Source: Dehalococcoidia bacterium (GTDB lineage Bacteria; Chloroflexota; Dehalococcoidia; UBA2979). From it: 64,000 bases of DNA. Below the pieces are notes generated by a model. That model worked only from the letters and a program-made list of their open reading frames with translations. It searched no databases and was not told where the DNA came from. This document shows positions 9,710 through 22,748 of the stretch, in pieces. The number at the start of each line of letters is the position of its first letter. Position 1 is the stretch's first letter. Where the stretch lies: positions 416,001 to 480,000 of the forward strand of contig CAXXDN010000001.1 in assembly GCA_963667465.2 (NCBI GenBank), read 5' to 3'. A program made the position numbers and the translations under genes.

Positions 9710-10941
9710 CCGCGCAGCCGGCGGCGGCGCCCACGCCGCTGAGCGGGCGCACGATCGTGCTCGGCGTGAGCGGTTCGATCGCCGCCTACAAGTCCGTAGA
9801 GGTCGCGAGCCGCCTCGTTCAGGCCGGCGCCGAGGTCGAGGTCGTGATGACCGAGGCGGCCACAAAGTTCATAGGGCCATTGACGTTCCGCGGCATCACC
9901 GGCCGTGAGCCGTTCGTCGATCTGTGGGCGGCGGCCGGACCGCACGCCGAGCCACACGTCGCCCTCGGACGAAGCGCCGATCTCTACCTGATCGTGCCGG
10001 GGAGCGCCTCGACGATCGCGCGCATCGCGCACGGCATCGCCGACGACTTCGTCTCGCTGACCGCGCTGGCGATGCGCGCGCCGACGCTGATCGCGCCCGC
10101 AATGGACGCGCAGATGTGGGCCAGCGCCGCGACCCGGGACAACGTCGCGCTGCTGCACGAACGCGGCATCGAGTTCCTCGGCCCCGTCGAGGGGCGCCTC
10201 GCATCCGGCGAGGTGGGCGCCGGGCGCCTGATGGAGCCCGCCGCGATCGTGGCCCACGCCCGGGCGCGCAGCGGACGCGAGTACGGCGACCTCGCCGGCA
10301 AGCGCATCGCCATCACCGCCGGCGGCACCCGCGAGCCCGCCGACCCCGTGCGCTTCATCGGCAACCGCTCGACCGGGAAGATGGGCCACGCCGCCGCTGA
10401 GGCGGCGCGCGACCGCGGCGCAGACGTCGTGCTGATCACCAGCGCTGAGATCGCGGCCCCCGAGGCGACCGAGGTCGTCCACGTCGAGACCGCCGAGCAG
10501 ATGCTCGCCGCGCTGCAGCAGCACGTGCCGGGCTGCGACGCGCTGATCATGGCCGCCGCCGTCGCCGACTACCGCCCGGCCGAGTCGCTGGCGCACAAGC
10601 AGAAGCGCGGGGGCCTCGAGCACTGGACGCTCGACCTGGAGCGCAACCCGGACTTGATCGCCTCGATCGAGCGCGAGGGCCTCATCAAGGTTGCCTTCGC
10701 CGCCGAGACGGACGACGTGCTGCAGAACGCCGCGCACAAGCTCGTCGCGAAGGGCGCTCACCTTATGGTCGCGAACGACGTCGGCGCGAAGGACGCCGGC
10801 TTCGCCGTCGACACGAACCGCGTCGTCATCCTCGACCGCGACGGCGGCTGCGACGAGCTGCCGCTCCTCTCGAAGTACGACTGTTCACAGCGCATCCTCG
10901 ACCGGCTCGCCGGCTTGCTCGCCCGCACCGCGGATGCGTGA
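9706..10941 (+). CDS. coaBC: bifunctional phosphopantothenoylcysteine decarboxylase/synthetase
   Basis: GVSGSIAAYK, APAM, ITAGGTREPADPVRFIGNRSTGKMG, AAVADY, FAAET. Confidence 0.96.
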   Translation: MTAQPAAAPTPLSGRTIVLGVSGSIAAYKSVEVASRLVQAGAEVEVVMTEAATKFIGPLTFRGITGREPFVDLWAAAGPHAEPHVALGRSADLYLIVPGSASTIARIAHGIADDFVSLTALAMRAPTLIAPAMDAQMWASAATRDNVALLHERGIEFLGPVEGRLASGEVGAGRLMEPAAIVAHARARSGREYGDLAGKRIAITAGGTREPADPVRFIGNRSTGKMGHAAAEAARDRGADVVLITSAEIAAPEATEVVHVETAEQMLAALQQHVPGCDALIMAAAVADYRPAESLAHKQKRGGLEHWTLDLERNPDLIASIEREGLIKVAFAAETDDVLQNAAHKLVAKGAHLMVANDVGAKDAGFAVDTNRVVILDRDGGCDELPLLSKYDCSQRILDRLAGLLARTADA

Positions 10942-10959
10942 GGGCTCCGCTACCGCCCC

Positions 10960-11280
10960 GCCCACGGATAAGTCGTGGGTAACCTGCGCCTCAGCTGTTT
11001 GCGGTCTCCCCACAACTCGTCGGCCCGGCCCGCGCCCCCGACTCGCCTCGAGGTTGTCCGGACGCTGCCCCGCCAGCTGCCCACGATTTGATCACGAGTG
11101 TTGACGCTTGGCACATCACACACCCACAGCCTCGCGGCCGGGCTTTTGCAGCGCCCACACCCGCTTCAGGGTGTTTCTCCACGCCACCAACGCTCCTACT
11201 ACTACGACGTTCCTCTACTCATTCACCTGGCACCCCTTTGCGCACGCGTGGACAAGCCCCCGCGTTTCGTTGTGGAGTAG
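10960..11280. other. candidate oriC: DnaA-box cluster plus DnaA-trio unwinding element
   Basis: several degenerate boxes (CGTGGGTAA, CTCCCCACA, TTCTCCACG, CGTGGACAA); TTCTCCACG-CCACCAACG-CTC-CTACTACTACGACG at 11175-11209. Confidence 0.6.
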
Positions 11281-11285
11281 ATCCC

Positions 11286-12584
11286 GTGATTGATCAGGTG
11301 GAGATCGAGGTAGTCGCCGGAAAGGGCGGCGACGGGATCGTCTCGTTCCGGCGAGAAAAGTTTGTGCCGCACGGCGGACCCGACGGTGGAGATGGTGGCC
11401 GCGGGGGCGCCGTCGGGCTTGTCGCTGACCGCACCGTCGCGGGGCTCGGCGCGTACCGCGATGGCCGGGTGCGAGCGGCCCCGCCCGGACAGCCGGGGAG
11501 CTCCGTGCAGCGCCGCGGCGCTTCGGGCGAGGACCTGTGGCTGCCGGTGCCCGTGGGCTGTGTCGTCTGGGATCTCGACGAGGAGGATGGCCTCGGCTCG
11601 CAGCTGGACTCCGGTGAGCCCCGGACGCTCGCCGACCTCGCGGAGAACGGCGCGGAGGCGATCGTTGCGAGGGGGGGCCGCGGCGGCTGGGGCAACAAGC
11701 GCTTCGCCACCGCGACCCGCCGTACACCGCGGTTCGCGCAGCGCGGGATGGCCGGCGAGCGCCGTCGCCTGAGGCTTGAGCTGAAGCTGCTGGCGGACGT
11801 GGGTCTCGTCGGGCTGCCGAACGCGGGCAAGTCGACGCTGCTGGGCGCCTGGTCGGCGGCGCATCCGAAGGTCGCGGCCTATCCGTTCACGACGCTGGAG
11901 CCCGAGCTGGGCGTTGTCGAGCTGGGCTACGACTCGTTCGTGGCGGCGGACATGCCGGGCCTGATCGAGGGCGCGAGCCAGGGCGTTGGGCTCGGGCACG
12001 AGTTCCTCCGCCACATCGAGCGTACGCGGGTGCTCGTGCATGTCCTCGACATGACGCGGGACGACCCGCTCGCTGACCGCGAGCTGATCGACCGTGAGCT
12101 GGCGGAGTTCGGGCACGGCCTCGCTGACAAGCCGCAGCTGCTGGCGCTCAACAAGATCGACGACCCCGACGCGCGGGCGCACGTGGAGCTGCTCGAGGCG
12201 CTGTTCGAGGCGCAGGAGGCACCGTGGCTCGCCGTCTCGGCGGCTTCACTGGAAGGCACGAGGCAGCTTGCGGAGCGCGCCTTCCAGCTGCTGCGGGAGC
12301 AGTTGCTGCGGGAGGAAGGTGAGGTCGCGCCGCTACCGCGGGTCGAGCCTCGCGAGGTGCGGCGCGATCGCTTCCGGATCGAGCGCGATGCGGCCGGTGG
12401 CGTCGTCGTCCGAGGCCGCACCCCCGAGTGGCTGGCGGCGACGTTCGACCTCGAGGATGGCGAGGCGCGCGAGGAGCTGCTCGACCGGCTGCGGAGGCTT
12501 GGTCTGGCGCGCGCGCTCTCGCGCGAGGGGGTCACGCCCGGCACGACGATCCACGTCGGCGCTGTGGCGCTGGTCTGGGAGTAG
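11286..12584 (+). CDS. obgE: GTPase ObgE/CgtA
   Basis: GKGGDGIVSFRREKFVPHGGPDGGDGG, GLPNAGKST, YPFTTL, DMPGLI, NKID. Confidence 0.96.
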   Translation: MIDQVEIEVVAGKGGDGIVSFRREKFVPHGGPDGGDGGRGGAVGLVADRTVAGLGAYRDGRVRAAPPGQPGSSVQRRGASGEDLWLPVPVGCVVWDLDEEDGLGSQLDSGEPRTLADLAENGAEAIVARGGRGGWGNKRFATATRRTPRFAQRGMAGERRRLRLELKLLADVGLVGLPNAGKSTLLGAWSAAHPKVAAYPFTTLEPELGVVELGYDSFVAADMPGLIEGASQGVGLGHEFLRHIERTRVLVHVLDMTRDDPLADRELIDRELAEFGHGLADKPQLLALNKIDDPDARAHVELLEALFEAQEAPWLAVSAASLEGTRQLAERAFQLLREQLLREEGEVAPLPRVEPREVRRDRFRIERDAAGGVVVRGRTPEWLAATFDLEDGEAREELLDRLRRLGLARALSREGVTPGTTIHVGAVALVWE

Positions 12585-12589
12585 CGACG

Positions 12590-13198
12590 ATGCGCAGCGG
12601 AATCCTCGGTGGCACGTTCGACCCGCCGCACCTCGCGCACCTCGTGCTGGCAGCGGCCGCGAGGCGCACGCTCGACCTCGACCGGGTGCTGCTGGTGCCG
12701 GCGGGCGACCCCTGGCGCAAGGCGGGGAGCGGCGTCTCGCCGGCGGCCGATCGACTGGCGCTGACGCGAGCGGCCGTCGCGGACGTGCTGCCTTGGGTGG
12801 AGGTCAGCGAGATCGAGGTGCGACGGTCCGGCCCCAGTTTCACCGCTGAAACGCTCGAGGAGCTACAGGCAGAGGCGCCAGGCGCCGAATGGTGGTTCAT
12901 CCTCGGCTGGGACGCACTCGCGGACCTGCCGAACTGGAGCCGGCCGGAACGCATCCTCGAGCTGGCGCGCCTGGCTCTCGCCGAGCGGGGGGACGAGGCT
13001 GCCGCAGCGACGCTGCCGCGCGCGGCTGTCGAGGCGTTCCCGGGGCTGGCCGCGCGCGTAGACCGCGTGCCGATTCCACGCCTCGCTGTCTCGGCCTCGG
13101 AGTTGCGGCGGCGACTACGTGCCGGTGAGCCGACGGCGCCGCTGCTGCCCGAGGGTGTGCGCGAGCTTGTCGCGGGACGAGGGCTCTACCAGGCTTGA
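12590..13198 (+). CDS. nadD: nicotinate-nucleotide adenylyltransferase
   Basis: GILGGTFDPPHLAH, FILGWD, VSASELR; follows obgE. Confidence 0.92.
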   Translation: MRSGILGGTFDPPHLAHLVLAAAARRTLDLDRVLLVPAGDPWRKAGSGVSPAADRLALTRAAVADVLPWVEVSEIEVRRSGPSFTAETLEELQAEAPGAEWWFILGWDALADLPNWSRPERILELARLALAERGDEAAAATLPRAAVEAFPGLAARVDRVPIPRLAVSASELRRRLRAGEPTAPLLPEGVRELVAGRGLYQA

Positions 13199-13208
13199 TG
13201 CGTCCGGG

Positions 13209-13901
13209 TCAGTCCTCGTCGGGCGGGCGGCCGAACAGGATCGAGGCGCGCGGGACGGGCGGCAGCAGGAAGGGGCGCAACCCTGCCTCGATGGCGAATG
13301 GGAAGCCGGCGTCCTGCGCGAAGCGCAGCAGCGTGCGGCCGGAGCGCAGTTTCGGCGAACGCACGTGGCGGCCCAGCCAGCGCCGGTTCCAGGCATCGAG
13401 GAAGCGCCGCCCGGTCGAAGCGAACTCCCAGATCAGCGCCAGCCCGCCGGGCGCGAGCACGCGCCAGATCTCATCGAGCAGATCGCGCAGGCCGTCGTCG
13501 CCGAGGTGCTTCACGAGGTAGCCACAGAGCACGAGGTCGAAGGCTCCGGAGGCGATCGGCAAGCTCGTCGCGGAGCCCTGCACGAGCGCTGGAGGGCGCT
13601 CCGTCCCCGCGGCGTCGCGCTGCGCGTGCCGCAGGATCGTGCGCGAGAAGTCGAGGCCCACGGGCTGGCTGTCGAAGCGCACGCGCCCGTCCATGAAGCG
13701 CAGCACCGAGGCCCGCCCGCAGCCGATGTCGAGCACGCGCAGGCGCGGCTCCATGCTCAGCTCGTCGGGCAGCCGCAGCAACGGCCCGTTCATCACGAAC
13801 GCGCCCTGCGGACCGAGCGCCCAGCGGAGCCCGGTCGCGGCCAGCCCCGGCCGGCTCAGCAGGCGCTCGTACTCGTCGAGGCGGGTCCGCTCGAAGCTCA
13901 T
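13209..13901 (-). CDS. class I SAM-dependent methyltransferase
   Basis: VLDIGCGRA, GLDFS, FDLV, RVLAPGG. Confidence 0.85.
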   Translation of the reverse strand: MSFERTRLDEYERLLSRPGLAATGLRWALGPQGAFVMNGPLLRLPDELSMEPRLRVLDIGCGRASVLRFMDGRVRFDSQPVGLDFSRTILRHAQRDAAGTERPPALVQGSATSLPIASGAFDLVLCGYLVKHLGDDGLRDLLDEIWRVLAPGGLALIWEFASTGRRFLDAWNRRWLGRHVRSPKLRSGRTLLRFAQDAGFPFAIEAGLRPFLLPPVPRASILFGRPPDED

Positions 13902-13932
13902 GCGGGCATCGTGGCACGCCGGCGATCGGCGC

Positions 13933-14418
13933 TCAAACGACGCTGGCGGGAGGCCCGGGCTCGCCGAAGTCGAACGAGAGCCGCACGTGCGCGCCTTGCG
14001 TCGCACCCCAGTCGCACATCGCCGCCAGCTCCCCGAGCCGCGGCGCGAGGCCCTCGTAGCCAGCGAGCAGCTCGTCGAGCTGCCGGTCGCCGGCAGTGGT
14101 CGCCGCGGCGACGGCGCGGCAGCAGGCGGCGAGTGCGGCGGGGTCCTGCCACATTCGCTGCAGCTCGCGGCGGTCCGCCTCGTCCTCGACGCGCCGGTCG
14201 GCGTAGCGCAGCAGCGGGCGCAGCGCGACCTTGTGCAGCGTCTCGATGCGGCGCGCGGCCTGGGCCAGCTCGTGCTGCGCCCCGAAGCGCAGCGAGAACG
14301 CCCAGGAGGCGAAGTACAGCACCACCGACGAGTCGCCCTCGAACGCAATCGGGCAAGCCTCGTCCGCGTCGAACTCGACGTGGAGGGGCGGCGGGGCGTC
14401 CTTGGCGGGGCTGGTCAT
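13933..14418 (-). CDS. hypothetical protein
   Basis: 161-aa ORF with host-like codon usage between gyrB and the methyltransferase. Confidence 0.65.
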   Translation of the reverse strand: MTSPAKDAPPPLHVEFDADEACPIAFEGDSSVVLYFASWAFSLRFGAQHELAQAARRIETLHKVALRPLLRYADRRVEDEADRRELQRMWQDPAALAACCRAVAAATTAGDRQLDELLAGYEGLAPRLGELAAMCDWGATQGAHVRLSFDFGEPGPPASVV

Positions 14419-14439
14419 GGCGGGCGTGTGTCGCGGCCG

Positions 14440-16500
<2,061 letters not shown>

Positions 16501-16704
16501 TCAGTCCGCGCGAGATGCGCGGATTCCGCCGCAGCCGCAGCTGCGCCGCGCCGCTCTGGCGCCTGTCAGGGAGGTGGTAACGCGGCGGAGCGACAACGGC
16601 GGATCTACTCTCACCGGCACAGGAATAGTATACCGGATAACGGCCGGTTGCGCCTTCCGCGGGGGTGTGCGCGCGGCGCGTGAAGAGGGGACCGGGGGGC
16701 TCCT

Positions 16705-17157
16705 ATGGCGCAGCAACCTGATCCGATACCGATCACGCCGATCGGCGTCGTGCGCAACAACGAGCACGACCCCGCGCGCCAGGATTGGACGCGCGTCCGC
16801 AGCCGCATCGAACTGCGCCCTGAATTCGCCCCCGCGCTCGACGGCCTCGAGGGGTTCTCGCACGTCATCGTCGTCGGCTGGCTCGACCGCATTCCGGGGG
16901 AGCTGCGCGCGCGGCGGCAGGCGCATCCCGGCGGCGACGAACGCCTGCCGCTGCTCGGCGCGTTCGCGCTGCGCGGCGGCGCGCGCCCCAACCCGATCGC
17001 CGTCACCGTCTGTCGCCTGCGCTCGGCCGGCGACGCGATCGCCGAGGTCGCCGGCCTCGATCTGATCGACGGCACGCCGGTGCTCGATCTGAAGCCCTAC
17101 ATCGCCAGCTACGACTCGGAGCCGGACGCGACGCTGCCGGACTGGGCGCGGGGCTGA
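16705..17157 (+). CDS. TrmO/TsaA-like (UPF0066) SAM-binding protein
   Basis: LDGLEGFSH, GAFALR...RPNPI, GLDLIDGTPVLDLKPY. Confidence 0.85.
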   Translation: MAQQPDPIPITPIGVVRNNEHDPARQDWTRVRSRIELRPEFAPALDGLEGFSHVIVVGWLDRIPGELRARRQAHPGGDERLPLLGAFALRGGARPNPIAVTVCRLRSAGDAIAEVAGLDLIDGTPVLDLKPYIASYDSEPDATLPDWARG

Positions 17158-17161
17158 GCGG

Positions 17162-17551
17162 ATGCTGGAGATGCTGCGGGTGCTCGTGCTTGGCATGCTT
17201 CCGGGGCGCTGCCCGAGCTGCCTCGAGACCTCGATGTTCCGTGGCTTTTATGAGTTGCATGAGACGTGCGCCGTCTGCGGGGTGCGCTACGAGGGATCGG
17301 AGGGAGCCTGGCTTGGCGCGATCGCCATCGGCTACGGGATCGGGGCCTGCTTCGTCGTCGTGGTGGGGATGGCTGAGCTGCTCTGGGGCCCGCTGCGCGC
17401 GCTCGGCCTGGACCCGATGTGGACGATCGCGCTGGCGAGCCTGCCCGTGACCGCGCTCGCCTACCGCCCGGCGAAGGGACTCTGGTTCGCGCTGCTCTAC
17501 CTCGCGGGATTCGTCGTCCCCGACGGCGTCGCGGAGGGTGAGCGCCGCTAG
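17162..17551 (+). CDS. DUF983-like membrane protein with CxxC pairs
   Basis: RCPSC...CAVCG followed by two TM helices. Confidence 0.7.
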   Translation: MLEMLRVLVLGMLPGRCPSCLETSMFRGFYELHETCAVCGVRYEGSEGAWLGAIAIGYGIGACFVVVVGMAELLWGPLRALGLDPMWTIALASLPVTALAYRPAKGLWFALLYLAGFVVPDGVAEGERR

Positions 17552-17589
17552 GCGTTGCGCCAGCCACCCACGCGTCCGACGCTGGCAGC

Positions 17590-18681
<1,092 letters not shown>

Positions 18682-18726
18682 GCACGTCACGAGGCGCGGC
18701 GATATGATCGCTGCCGCGAGGCGACG

Positions 18727-19599
18727 ATGAGCAATCACGAGACACCCGGAACAGAGGACGTACGCGCCCGGCTCGTCGAGGAGGTCGAGGCCGCCCTCGG
18801 TGGCGGGCCGCCTGTGGCCGTCGCGACGGTGATCGACCCCGGCGAGCAGGACGGCCTGCAGCTCGGCGCGAAGCTGCTCGTGCGCACGGGCGGCGGGACG
18901 CTCGGCGCCCTCGGGGCGTCCTCGATCGACGAGGCGACCGCCGCGGCAGGTGTCGCGGCGCTGTCCGCGCGCCCGCGCATCGAGGCGCAGACGGTCTACG
19001 TGCGCGCCGACGGCGAGCTCGTCACGCGGCGCTCGCGCGCCCGAGCGGGCGACGGCCGGCTCATGCTCGAGGTCTTCGAGGCGCCGGGCCGGCTGCTGAT
19101 CGTCGGTGGCGGGCACATCGGCCTCGCCCTCGCTACGATCGGCTCGACGCTTGGCTTCCAGGTGACCGTGATCGACGACCGCGAGGAGTTCGCCAACCGC
19201 GAGCGCTTTCCGATGGCAGCGGAGGTGATCGCCGGTGAGGTCGACGAGGAGCTGGACAAGCTCACGATCGACGGGCGCACCTACGCGGTGATGGTCTCGC
19301 GCGGCCACCAGGTCGACGAGCTCGCGCTGCGCAACACGATCGGGCGCGGCGCCGCCTACGTCGGAATGATCGGCAGCCGCCGCCGTACCGGCACGGTGAT
19401 CCAGCACCTGATCGATGAGGGCTTGCCCCGCGCCGACCTCGAGGACGTGCGCACGCCGATCGGGCTCGACATCGGCGCCGAGACGCCCGAAGAGATCGCG
19501 CTCGCCATCCTCGCGGAGATGGTGATGTTGCAACGCGGCGGGACCGGGTCGCCGATGCGCGAGGTCAAGGGCCGCGCGCCCGCCGGACAGGACGCGTAG
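18727..19599 (+). CDS. XdhC-family molybdenum cofactor accessory protein
   Basis: LLIVGGGHIG, IDDREEFA, YVGMIGSRRR, PIGLDIGAETPEEIA. Confidence 0.88.
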   Translation: MSNHETPGTEDVRARLVEEVEAALGGGPPVAVATVIDPGEQDGLQLGAKLLVRTGGGTLGALGASSIDEATAAAGVAALSARPRIEAQTVYVRADGELVTRRSRARAGDGRLMLEVFEAPGRLLIVGGGHIGLALATIGSTLGFQVTVIDDREEFANRERFPMAAEVIAGEVDEELDKLTIDGRTYAVMVSRGHQVDELALRNTIGRGAAYVGMIGSRRRTGTVIQHLIDEGLPRADLEDVRTPIGLDIGAETPEEIALAILAEMVMLQRGGTGSPMREVKGRAPAGQDA

Positions 19600-19666
19600 C
19601 GCGGCGCCGCGCGCTGGTAGACTGTATCGAGCGTCCGGCCGGGAGCCGGGCGGGACAAGGAACACG

Positions 19667-19984
19667 ATGGCAGATGCCGAACTGTTCGCCGAGATTCGCA
19701 AAGCGCAGGGGCGCGGGGAGCGCCGCGTGCTGGCGACCGTCGCCGACGCGCGCGGCTCGACGCCTCGCAGCCCCGGCGCGCAGCTGCTGCTGCGCCCGGA
19801 CGGCAGCTTCCGCGGCACGATCGGCGGCGGCTGCGGCGAGGCCGAGGTCTGGCAGGAGGCGATGGAGACGATGGCCGACGGCCGTCCACGCATCGTCACC
19901 GTCGACCTCACCGAGGACGTCGAGGGCGACGACAAGATCTGCGGCGGCGTGATGGACGTATTCATCGAGAGGATCGCGGATTAG
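19667..19984 (+). CDS. XdhC/CoxI N-terminal domain protein
   Basis: GSTPRSPGA, GTIGGGCGE, ICGGVMDVFIE. Confidence 0.88.
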   Translation: MADAELFAEIRKAQGRGERRVLATVADARGSTPRSPGAQLLLRPDGSFRGTIGGGCGEAEVWQEAMETMADGRPRIVTVDLTEDVEGDDKICGGVMDVFIERIAD

Positions 19985-20070
19985 CCGCGAGGGAGTTGCC
20001 CGCGGCGGCTGCGTGGTACGATTCGGCGTCCGCCGACACGGCGGCTGCGGACCAAAGAGGGAGCTGACCG

Positions 20071-20313
20071 ATGATCGGTGGTTTGGGCTGGCAGGAGTTG
20101 CTGATCATCCTCGTGATCATCGCCCTGATCTTCGGGGCGACCCGTGTCGCCGACCTCGGCGGCGCGCTCGGACGAGGCATCCGCGAGTTCCGCCAGGAGG
20201 CGGCGCGTCCCGATGAGGACGAAGAAGAGGGCTCCGAGCTGGCTTCGGCGTCCGACGGCGACTCCTCGGACGACGAGCCGGAGGCAGCGAGCGACAAGGG
20301 GTCATCCGGCTGA
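20071..20313 (+). CDS. tatA: twin-arginine translocase TatA/TatE
   Basis: GWQELLIILVIIALIFG...LGRGIREFR, acidic tail. Confidence 0.93.
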   Translation: MIGGLGWQELLIILVIIALIFGATRVADLGGALGRGIREFRQEAARPDEDEEEGSELASASDGDSSDDEPEAASDKGSSG

Positions 20314-20346
20314 CCTCGCTCCCACGAAGCTCAACGCGACGACCCG

Positions 20347-20380
20347 GCCCGGCGTAGAGATGCGCCGGGCTTTCGCTTCT
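20347..20380 (+). terminator. intrinsic terminator after tatA
   Basis: GCCCGGCGTA-GAGA-TGCGCCGGGC stem-loop followed by TTTCGCTTCT. Confidence 0.65.
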
Positions 20381-20465
20381 CCGCCCGCGTGGGTCTCGTA
20401 CCATCAATGCGGTGGGGTTCGCCGCGGGCTGCAGCTGGCGGCCCGTGGCCGGCGCCCGGAGTGAC

Positions 20466-21896
20466 ATGACGCCGCTCGTAACGATGACGAACAAGCTGAG
20501 GCTGGGCGCCGCGCTGATCGCTGGCGCGGCAGCCGCCGAGGCCTCAAGACGCCTTGGGCGCGGCGGGGGGACGGCGTTGCCGGGCCTCGTCGCCGCGACG
20601 ATCGCGCCGGACATCACCGCGCAGCTCGTGCGCCGCGCGGGAGCGGGCGCCGTCGTCGTCACCGGCACCAACGGCAAGACCACCACCTCGCATCTGCTCG
20701 CCGAGTGCGCTCGCGCGGCTGGCAGCGAGGTGATCGCCAACCGCTCCGGCTCCAACCTCGAGCGCGGCATCGTCTCCGCGTTCCTCGCCGACCGCGGCAA
20801 CGGCAGGCGCGGGCGCCTCGGTGTGCTCGAGGTGGACGAGGCGGCGCTGCCGCCGCTGCTACCCGCCCTCGCGCCGCGCGCGATCGTCTTCCTCAACCTC
20901 TTCCGCGATCAGCTCGACCGCTACGGCGAGGTCGATTCCGTCGCCGAGGGCTGGGAGCGAATGCTGATCGCCGACACCTCGGGCGCCACGCTCGTGCTCA
21001 ATGCCGACGACCCCTCGATCGCACCGCTTGCCGACGCCGGACGCGGGGCGGTGGTGACGTTCGGCATCGAGGACGACGGCATCGCCCGCGGTGGCCCCGA
21101 CCACGCCTCGGACGCGCGCTTCTGCCGCTGTGGTGCGCCGTTCCGCTACGACGCGGTCTTCGTCGCGCACGCCGGACGCTGGCGCTGCGACGCCTGCGGG
21201 CGGGCGCGCCCGCGCCCGCTCGTCGCGGCACACGAGATCGAGCAGTTCGCGGACGGCTCCCGCTTCGTCCTCGATCTCGCGGGCGAGCGCCTCGAGGTCG
21301 AGTTGCCGCTGCAAGGCCTGTACCCGATCTACAACGCGCTCGGCGCGGCGGCGGCTGCGCACGCGTTGGGGTTGCCCGCCGCAGTCGTCGCGCCCGCGCT
21401 CGCGGACGCGGGCCCGGCCTTCGGGCGGCAGGAGCGATTCCAGCTGCGCGGCCGCGAGCTGCGCCTCTGGCTGGCGAAGAACCCCGCGGGCATGAACGCC
21501 GTGCTGCGCGCCCTCACCGCTGCCGGCTCACCCCCGGAGGAGCCGCCGCAACCGAGGCTGCACGTCCTCGCCGCGCTCAACGACGGCGTCCAGGACGGCC
21601 GCGATGTCTCCTGGATCTACGACGCCGACTTCGAGCTGTTCGCCGGCCACGCCGCGAGCGTCTGCGTCACCGGCGATCGCGCCGACGACCTGGCGTTGCG
21701 GTTGCGCCTCGCCGGCGTGCGGGTCGACCTCGTGCAGCCGCATCGCGCCTCGGCGCTCGACGAGGCGCTGCACCGGCTGCCGCCCGGGGAGCGTCTCGAG
21801 GTGATCACGACGTACACGGCGATGCTCCAGTTGCGGGAGATCATCGCGGCCGGGAGCGGAGTCGCTCCGTACTGGGAGCGGGAGCGGCAGCGATGA
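20466..21896 (+). CDS. murT: MurT-like Mur ligase (lipid II isoglutaminyl synthase subunit)
   Basis: GGTALPG, TGTNGKTTT, EVDEA, NLFRDQLDRYGE, Cys-rich insert, KNPAG, DGRDVSWIYD. Confidence 0.85.
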   Translation: MTPLVTMTNKLRLGAALIAGAAAAEASRRLGRGGGTALPGLVAATIAPDITAQLVRRAGAGAVVVTGTNGKTTTSHLLAECARAAGSEVIANRSGSNLERGIVSAFLADRGNGRRGRLGVLEVDEAALPPLLPALAPRAIVFLNLFRDQLDRYGEVDSVAEGWERMLIADTSGATLVLNADDPSIAPLADAGRGAVVTFGIEDDGIARGGPDHASDARFCRCGAPFRYDAVFVAHAGRWRCDACGRARPRPLVAAHEIEQFADGSRFVLDLAGERLEVELPLQGLYPIYNALGAAAAAHALGLPAAVVAPALADAGPAFGRQERFQLRGRELRLWLAKNPAGMNAVLRALTAAGSPPEEPPQPRLHVLAALNDGVQDGRDVSWIYDADFELFAGHAASVCVTGDRADDLALRLRLAGVRVDLVQPHRASALDEALHRLPPGERLEVITTYTAMLQLREIIAAGSGVAPYWERERQR

Positions 21897-22669
21897 GCGG
21901 GGCGGCCAGCCAGCGCACCATCCGCGTCGTCTGGCTCTACCCGGAGCTGATGAACGTCTACGCCGATCGCGGCAACGTGATCGCGATCGAGGCGCGCTGC
22001 GCCGTGCTCGGCGTGGGTTGCGAGGTCACCCGCGTCGGCATCGGCGATCCGCTGCCGGAGGAGGCCGACCTCGTGCTGATCGGCGGCGGCCAGGATCGCG
22101 AGCAGCGCCGCGCCGCGCCGGACCTCGCGCGCCATGCGGGCACGCTGCGCACCTGGGTCGACGAGGACGCCGCGATGCTCGCCGTCTGCGGCGGCTTCCA
22201 GCTCTTCGGCCGCTGGTACCGCACCGCCGAGGGCGAGGAACTGCCCGGCGTCGGCGTCTTCGACGTGACCACCGTCGCGCCGCCGCGCAACGAGGAGCGC
22301 TGCATCGGCGACGTACTCGCGCGCTCGACCCTTGAGGGCATCGGCGAGGTCGTGGGCTTCGAGAACCACGGTGGCCGCTCCTACCTCGGGCCGGGCGTGG
22401 AGCCGTTCGCGCATGTCGAGTTCGGCTACGGCAACAACGGCGCGGATGGAGCCGAGGGCGCCCGCGTGCGCGAAGCGATCGGCACCTACCTGCACGGCTC
22501 CCTGCTGCCTCGCAACCCCGCGCTGACGGACCACCTGATCCGCGCTGCACTACGCCACCGCTATGGCGAGGAGCCGGCGTTACCCGAGGCGCCCGACCTG
22601 TTCGCCGCGCGCGCGCACCGCGGGGCCGCGACCGTCGCCCGACGGCGCAGCCGCCGCGCGGGGTCGTAA
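21893..22669 (+). CDS. gatD: GatD/CobQ-like glutamine amidotransferase
   Basis: LYPELMNVYADRGN, GGGQD, AVCGGFQL, GFENH, TYLHG; overlaps murT stop. Confidence 0.85.
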   Translation: MSGAASQRTIRVVWLYPELMNVYADRGNVIAIEARCAVLGVGCEVTRVGIGDPLPEEADLVLIGGGQDREQRRAAPDLARHAGTLRTWVDEDAAMLAVCGGFQLFGRWYRTAEGEELPGVGVFDVTTVAPPRNEERCIGDVLARSTLEGIGEVVGFENHGGRSYLGPGVEPFAHVEFGYGNNGADGAEGARVREAIGTYLHGSLLPRNPALTDHLIRAALRHRYGEEPALPEAPDLFAARAHRGAATVARRRSRRAGS

Positions 22670-22748
22670 CGGCCGGCCCGACGTTTGACGCCCTCCGCGC
22701 GCGCCCCCGATCCTGTGATCGGCGGGGGCTGCACGGAGGCGCGGCCCG

